From Eledone cirrhosa (taxonomy: Eukaryota): a stretch of DNA of 64,000 nucleotides. Made by a program: the position numbers and the translations under genes. The stretch covers positions 22,568,001-22,632,000 of the forward strand of contig OZ024742.1 of assembly GCA_964016885.1 (NCBI GenBank), read 5' to 3'. The notes beneath the pieces were generated by a model that searched no databases, had not been told where the DNA came from, and saw nothing but the letters and a program-made list of their open reading frames with translations. Position 1 is the first letter of the stretch. Every line of letters starts with the position of its first letter. Shown here piece by piece: positions 58,131 through 64,000 of this stretch.

Positions 58131-58639
58131 CACTGAAACAGAGACACAAGTATCGCGGTATCAAATTACCAAGAGATTACCACTCTTCTGTAACCTTAAC
58201 TCACTGAAACAGAGACACAAGTATCGCGGTATCAAATTACCAAGAGATTCCCCCCTCTTCTGTCACCTTAACTCAATGAAACAGAGACACAAGTATCGCG
58301 GTATCAAATTAACAAGAGATTCCCACTCTTCTGTCACCTTAACTCACTGAAACAGAGACACAAGTATCGCGGTATCAAATTACCAAGATATTCCCGCTCT
58401 TCTGTCAACTTAACTCACTGAAACAGAGACACAAGTATCGCGGTATCAAATTACCAAGAGATTCCCCCCTCTTCTGTTACCTTAACTCACTGAAACAGAG
58501 ACACAAGTATTGCGGTATCAAATTATCTAGAGATTCCCACTCTTCCGTCACCTTAACTCAGTGAAACAGAGACACAAGTATCGCGGTATTAAATTACCAA
58601 GTGATTCCCACTCTTCTGTCACCTTGACTCACTGAAACA

Positions 58640-60790
58640 GAGACACAAGTATCGCGGTATCAAATTACCAGGAGATTCCCACTCTTCTGTCACCTTAAGT
58701 CATTGAAACAGAGACACAAGTATCCCGGTATCAAATTACCAGGAGATTCCCCACCCTTCTGTCACCTTAACTCACTGAAACAGAGACACAAGTATCGCGG
58801 TATCAAATTACCAAGAAATTACCACTCTTCTGTCACCTTAACTCACTGAAACAGAGACACAAGTATCGCGGTGTCAAATTACCAAGAGATTACCACTCTT
58901 CTGTCACCTTAACTCACTGAAACAGAGACACAAGTATCGCGGTATCAAATTACCAGGAGATTCCCCCCTCTTCTGTCACCTTAACTCACTCAAACAGAGA
59001 CACAAGTATCGCGGTATCAAATTACCAAGATATTCCCACTCTTCTGTCACCTTAACTCACTGAAACAGAGACACAAGTATCGCGGTATCAAATTACCAAG
59101 AGATTACCACTCTTCTGTCACCTTAACTCACTGAAACAGAGACACAAGTATCGCGGTATCAAATTACCAAGATATTCCCACTCTTCTGTCACCTTAACTC
59201 ACTGAAACAGAGACACAAGTATCGCGGTATCAAATTACCAGGAGATTCCCCCTCTTCTGTCACATTAACTCACTGAAACAGAGACACAAGTATCGCGGTA
59301 TCAAATTACCAAGAAATTACCACTCTTCTCTCACCTTAACTCACTGAAACAGAGACACAAGTAGCGCGGTATCAAATTACCAAGAGAGTCCCCCCTCCTC
59401 TGTCACCTTAACTCACTGAAACAGAGACACAAGTATTGCGGTATCAAATTACCAGGAGATTCCCCCCTCTTCTGTCACCTTAACCTACTCAAACAGAGAC
59501 ACAAGTATCGCGGTATCAAATTACCAAGATATTCCCACTCTTCTGTCACCTTAACTCACTGAAACAGAGACACAAGTATCGCGGTATCAACTTACCAAGA
59601 GATACCCCTCTCTTCTGTCACATTAACTCACTGAAACAGAGACACAAGTATCGCGGTGTCAAATTACCAGGAGATTCCCACTTTTCTGTCACCTTAAGTC
59701 ATTGAAACAGAGACACAAGTATCCCGGTATCAAATTTAAAGAGATTCCCCCCTCTTCTGTCACCTTAACTCACTGAAACAGAGACACAAGTATCGCGGTA
59801 TCAAATTACCAGGAGATTCCCACTCTTCTGTCACCTTAAGTCATTGAAACAGAGACACAAGTATCCCGGTATCAAATTACCAGGAGATTCCCCACCCTTC
59901 TGTCACCTTAACTCACTGAAACAGAGACACAAGTATCGCGGTATCAAATTACCAAGAAATTACCACTCTTCTGTCACCTTAACTCACTGAAACAGAGACA
60001 CAAGTATCGCGGTGTCAAATTACCAAGAGATTACCACTCTTCTGTCACCTTAACTCACTGAAACAGAGACACAAGTATCGCGGTATCAAATTACCAGGAG
60101 ATTCCCCCCTCTTCTGTCACCTTAACTCACTCAAACAGAGACACAAGTATCGCGGTATCAAATTACCAAGAGATTCCCACTCTTCTGTCACCTTAACTCA
60201 CTGAAACAGAGACACAAGTATCGCGGTATCAAATTACCAAGAGATTACCACTCTTCTGTCACCTTAACTCACTGAAACAGAGACACAAGTATCGCGGTAT
60301 CAAATTACCAAGATATTCCCACTCTTCTGTCACCTTAACTCACTGAAACAGAGACACAAGTATCGCGGTATCAAATTACCAGGAGATTCCCCCTCTTCTG
60401 TCACATTAACTCACTGAAACAGAGACACAAGTATCGCGGTATCAAATTACCAAGAAATTACCACTCTTCTCTCACCTTAACTCACTGAAACAGAGACACA
60501 AGTATCGCGGTATCAAATTACCAAGAGATTCCCCCCTCCTCTGTCACCTTAACTCACTGAAACAGAGACACAAGTATTGCGGTATCAAATTACCAGGAGA
60601 TTCCCCCCTCTTCTGTCACCTTAACCTACTCAAACAGAGACACAAGTATCGCGGTATCAAATTACCAAGATATTCCCACTCTTCTGTCACCTTAACTCAC
60701 TGAAACAGAGACACAAGTATCGCGGTATCAACTTACCAAGAGATACCCCTCTCTTCTGTCACATTAACTCACTGAAACAGAGACACAAGT
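58640..60790. repeat. Duplication of a 16-monomer block (period 1141 bp)
   Basis: CCACCCTTC at 58751/59892; GATACCCCTC at 59601/60742. Confidence 0.88.
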
Positions 60791-60929
60791 ATCGCGGTGT
60801 CAAATTACCAAGAGATTACCACTCTTCTGTCACCTTAACTCACTGAAACAGAGACACAAGTATCGCGGTATCAAATTACCAAGGGGTTCCCCACTCTTCT
60901 GTCACATCAACTCACTGAAACAGAGACAC

Positions 60930-63900
60930 AAGTATCGCGGTATCAAATTACCAAGAGATTCCCCTCTCTTCTGTCACATTAACTCACTGAAACAGAGACA
61001 CAAGTATCGCGGTATCAAATTACCAAGAGATTACCACTCTTCTGTCACCTTAACTCACTGAAACAGAGACACAAGTATCGCGGTATCAAATTACTAAGAG
61101 ATTCCCCCCTCTTCTGTCACCTTAACTCACTGAAACAGAGACACATGTATTGCGGTATCAAATTATCTAGAGATTCCCACTCTTCCGTCACCTTAACTCA
61201 GTGAAACAGAGACACAAGTATCGCGGTATCAACTTACCAAGAGATTACCACTCTTCTGTCACCTTAACTCACTGAAACAGAGACACAAGTATCGCGGTAT
61301 CAAATTACCAAGAGATTCCCCACTCTTCTGTCACCTTAATTCACTGAAACAGAGACACAAGTATCGCGGTATCAAATTACCAAGATATTCCCACACTTCT
61401 GTCACCTTAACTCACTGAAACAGAGACACATGTATCCCGGTATCAAATTACCAGGAGATTCCCCCCTCTTCTGTCACCTTAACTCACTGAAACAGAGACA
61501 CAAGTATCGCGGTATCAAATTACCAAGAGATTACCACTCTTCTGTCACCTTAACTCACTGAAACAGAGACACAAGTATCGTGGTATCAAAGTACCAAGAG
61601 ATTCCCCACTCTTCTCTCACCTTAACTCAATGAAACAGAGACACAAGTATCGCGGTATCAAATTACCAAGAGATTCCCCCTCTTCTGTCACCTTAACTCA
61701 CTAAAACAGAGACACACGTATCGCGGTATCAAATTACCAAGAGATTCCCCCCTCTTCTGTCACCTTAATTCACTGAAACAGAGACACCAGCATCGCGGTA
61801 TCAAATTACCAAGATATTCCCACTCTTCTGTCACCTTAACTCACAGAAACAGATACACAAGTATCCCGGTATCAAATTACCAGGAGATTCCCCCTCTTCT
61901 GTCACCTTAACTCAGTGAAACAGAGACACAAGTATCTCGGTATCAAATTACCAAGAGATTCCCACTCTTCTGTCACCTTAAGTCACTGAAACAGAGACAT
62001 AAGTATCGCGGTATCAAATTACCAAGAGATTCCCCACTCTTCGGTCACCTTAAGTCGCTGAAACAGAGACACAAGTATCGCGGTATCAAATTACCAAGAG
62101 ATTCCCACTCTTCCGTCACCTTAACTCACTGAAACAGAGACACAAGTATCGCGGTATCAAATTTAAAGAGATTCCCACTCTTCTGTCACCTTAACTCACT
62201 GAAACAGAGACACAAGTATCCCGGTATCAAATTACCAGGAGATTCCCCCCTCTTCTGTCACCTTAACTCACTGAAACAGAGACACAAGTATCGCGGTATC
62301 AAATTACCAAGAGATTACCACTCTTCTGTCACCTTAACTCACTGAAACAGAGACACAAGTATCGCGGTATCAAATTACCAAGAGATTACCACTCTTCTGT
62401 CACCTTAACTCACTGAAACAGAGACACAAGTATCGCGGTATCAATTTACCAAGATATTCCCACTCTTCTGTCACCTTGACTCACTGAAACAGAGACACAA
62501 GTATCGCGGTATCAAATTACCAAGAGATTACCACTCTTCTGTCACCTTAACTCACTGAAACAGAGACACAAGTATCGCGGTATCAAATTACCAAGAGATT
62601 CCCCCCTCTTCTGTCACCTTAACTCACTGAAACAGAGACACAAGTATTGCTGTATCAAATTACCAGGAGATTCCCCCCTCTTCTGTCACCTTAACCTACT
62701 CAAACAGAGACACAAGTATCGCGGTATCAAATTACCAAGATATTCACACTCTTCTGTCACCTTAACTCACTGAAACAGAGACACAAGTATCGCGCTATCA
62801 ACTTACCAAGAGATACCCCTCTCTTCTGTCACATTAACTCACTGAAACAGAGACACAAGTATCGCGGTGTCAAATTACCAAGAGATTACCACTCTTCTGT
62901 CACCTTAACTCACTGAAACAGAGACACAAGTATCGCGGTATCAAATTACCAACAGATTCCCCTCTCTTCTGTCACATTAACTCACTGAAACAGAGACACA
63001 AGTATCGCGGTATCAAATTACCAAGAGATTACCACTCTTCTGTCACCTTAACTCACTGAAACAGAGACACAAGTATCGCGGTATCAAATTACTAAGAGAT
63101 TCCCCCCTCTTCTGTCACCTTAACTCACTGAAACAGAGACACATGTATTGCGGTATCAAATTATCTAGAGATTCCCACTCTTCCGTCACCTTAACTCAGT
63201 GAAACAGAGACACAAGTATCGCGGTATTAAATTACCAAGAGATTCCCACACTTCTGTCACCTTAACTCACTGAAACAGAGACACAAGTATCGCGGTATCA
63301 AATTACCAGGAGATTCCCACTCTTCTGTCACCTTAAGTCATTGAAACAGAGACACAAGTATCCCGGTATCAAATTACCAGGAGATTCCCCACTCTTCTGT
63401 CACCTTAACTCACTGAAACAGAGACACAAGTATCGCGGTATCAACTTACCAAGAGATTACCACTCTTCTGTCACCTTAACTCACTGAAACAGAGACACAA
63501 GTATCGCGGTATCAAATTACCAAGAGATTCCCCACTCTTCTGTCACCTTAATTCACTGAAACAGAGACACAAGTATCGCGGTATCAAATTACCAAGATAT
63601 TCCCACACTTCTGTCACCTTAACTCACTGAAACAGAGACACATGTATCCTGGTATCAAATTACCAGGAGATTCCCCCCTCTTCTGTCACCTTAACTCACT
63701 GAAACAGAGACACAAGTATCGCGGTATCAAATTACCAAGAGATTACCACTCTTCTGTCACCTTAACTCACTGAAACAGAGACACAAGTATCGTGGTATCA
63801 AAGTACCAAGAGAGTCCCCACTCTTCTCTCACCTTAACTCAATGAAACAGAGACACATGTATCGCGGTATCAAATTACCAAGAGATTCCCCCTCTTCTGT

Positions 63901-64000
63901 CACCTTAACTCACTAAAACAGAGACACACGTATCGCGGTATCAAATTACCAAGAGATTCCCCCCTCTTCTGTCACCTTAATTCACTGAAACAGAGACACA
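60930..64000. repeat. Imperfect duplication, offset 28 then 31 monomers (1998/2212 bp)
   Basis: AATTATCTAG at 61161/63159; TGGTATCAAAGTACC at 61581/63793; the second copy has three extra monomers. Confidence 0.8.

Larger units (their letters stand above)
1..64000. repeat. Tandem satellite DNA array, 71/72-bp monomer, head-to-tail, ~895 copies, extends past both window edges
   Basis: The motif GTATCGCGGTATCAAATTACC...CTGAAACAGAGACACAA recurs every 71-72 bp from start to end in one orientation. Monomers usually differ from consensus by only a few substitutions; no non-repeat insertion or inversion seen. Confidence 0.99.

Noticed and set aside
1-64000. CRISPR array
   Set aside because: The period is CRISPR-like, but there are no unique spacers: the whole unit is conserved. 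No leader or cas genes are present.
1-64000. Giant repetitive protein gene or programmed frameshifting at the C-run
   Set aside because: The dominant 71-bp unit shifts frame into TAA/TGA stops every few monomers, and the ORF track shows nothing long on either strand.
1-64000. Embedded transposon, inversion or telomeric repeat
   Set aside because: No non-satellite or reverse-orientation stretch was seen. CCTTAA resembles a telomeric hexamer but is single-copy per monomer.
1-64000. Monomer variant order as an information-carrying code or cassette system
   Set aside because: The order is explained by nested tandem duplications, and no recombinase, reverse transcriptase or expression site is present in the window.

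Overview
The whole 64-kb window is one uninterrupted, single-orientation tandem satellite array of about 895 monomers. The consensus monomer is 71 bp (AAGTATCGCGGTATCAAATTACCAAGAGATTCCCACTCTTCTGTCACCTTAACTCACTGAAACAGAGACAC; exact copy at 4130-4200; 42% GC, C20/G10 on the + strand), with a common 72-bp class carrying a longer C-run. I see no genes, RNA genes, mobile elements or unique DNA; the single ORF is a translation of the repeat. Scale and organisation point to eukaryotic satellite DNA, possibly (peri)centromeric, but I do not recognise the family or host. Diagnostic SNPs, read by eye, reveal a recurring 13-monomer (~926 bp) higher-order unit and local duplications with periods of 1852, 3065, 1996, 2780, 4855, 1924, 925, 1141 and about 2000-2200 bp. 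Other points of note are an out-of-register junction at 55149/55150 that separates two variant lineages, and a monomer tiled with short dyads that can be drawn as a tRNA-sized four-way junction. Periods were measured between marker SNPs; block boundaries are approximate.
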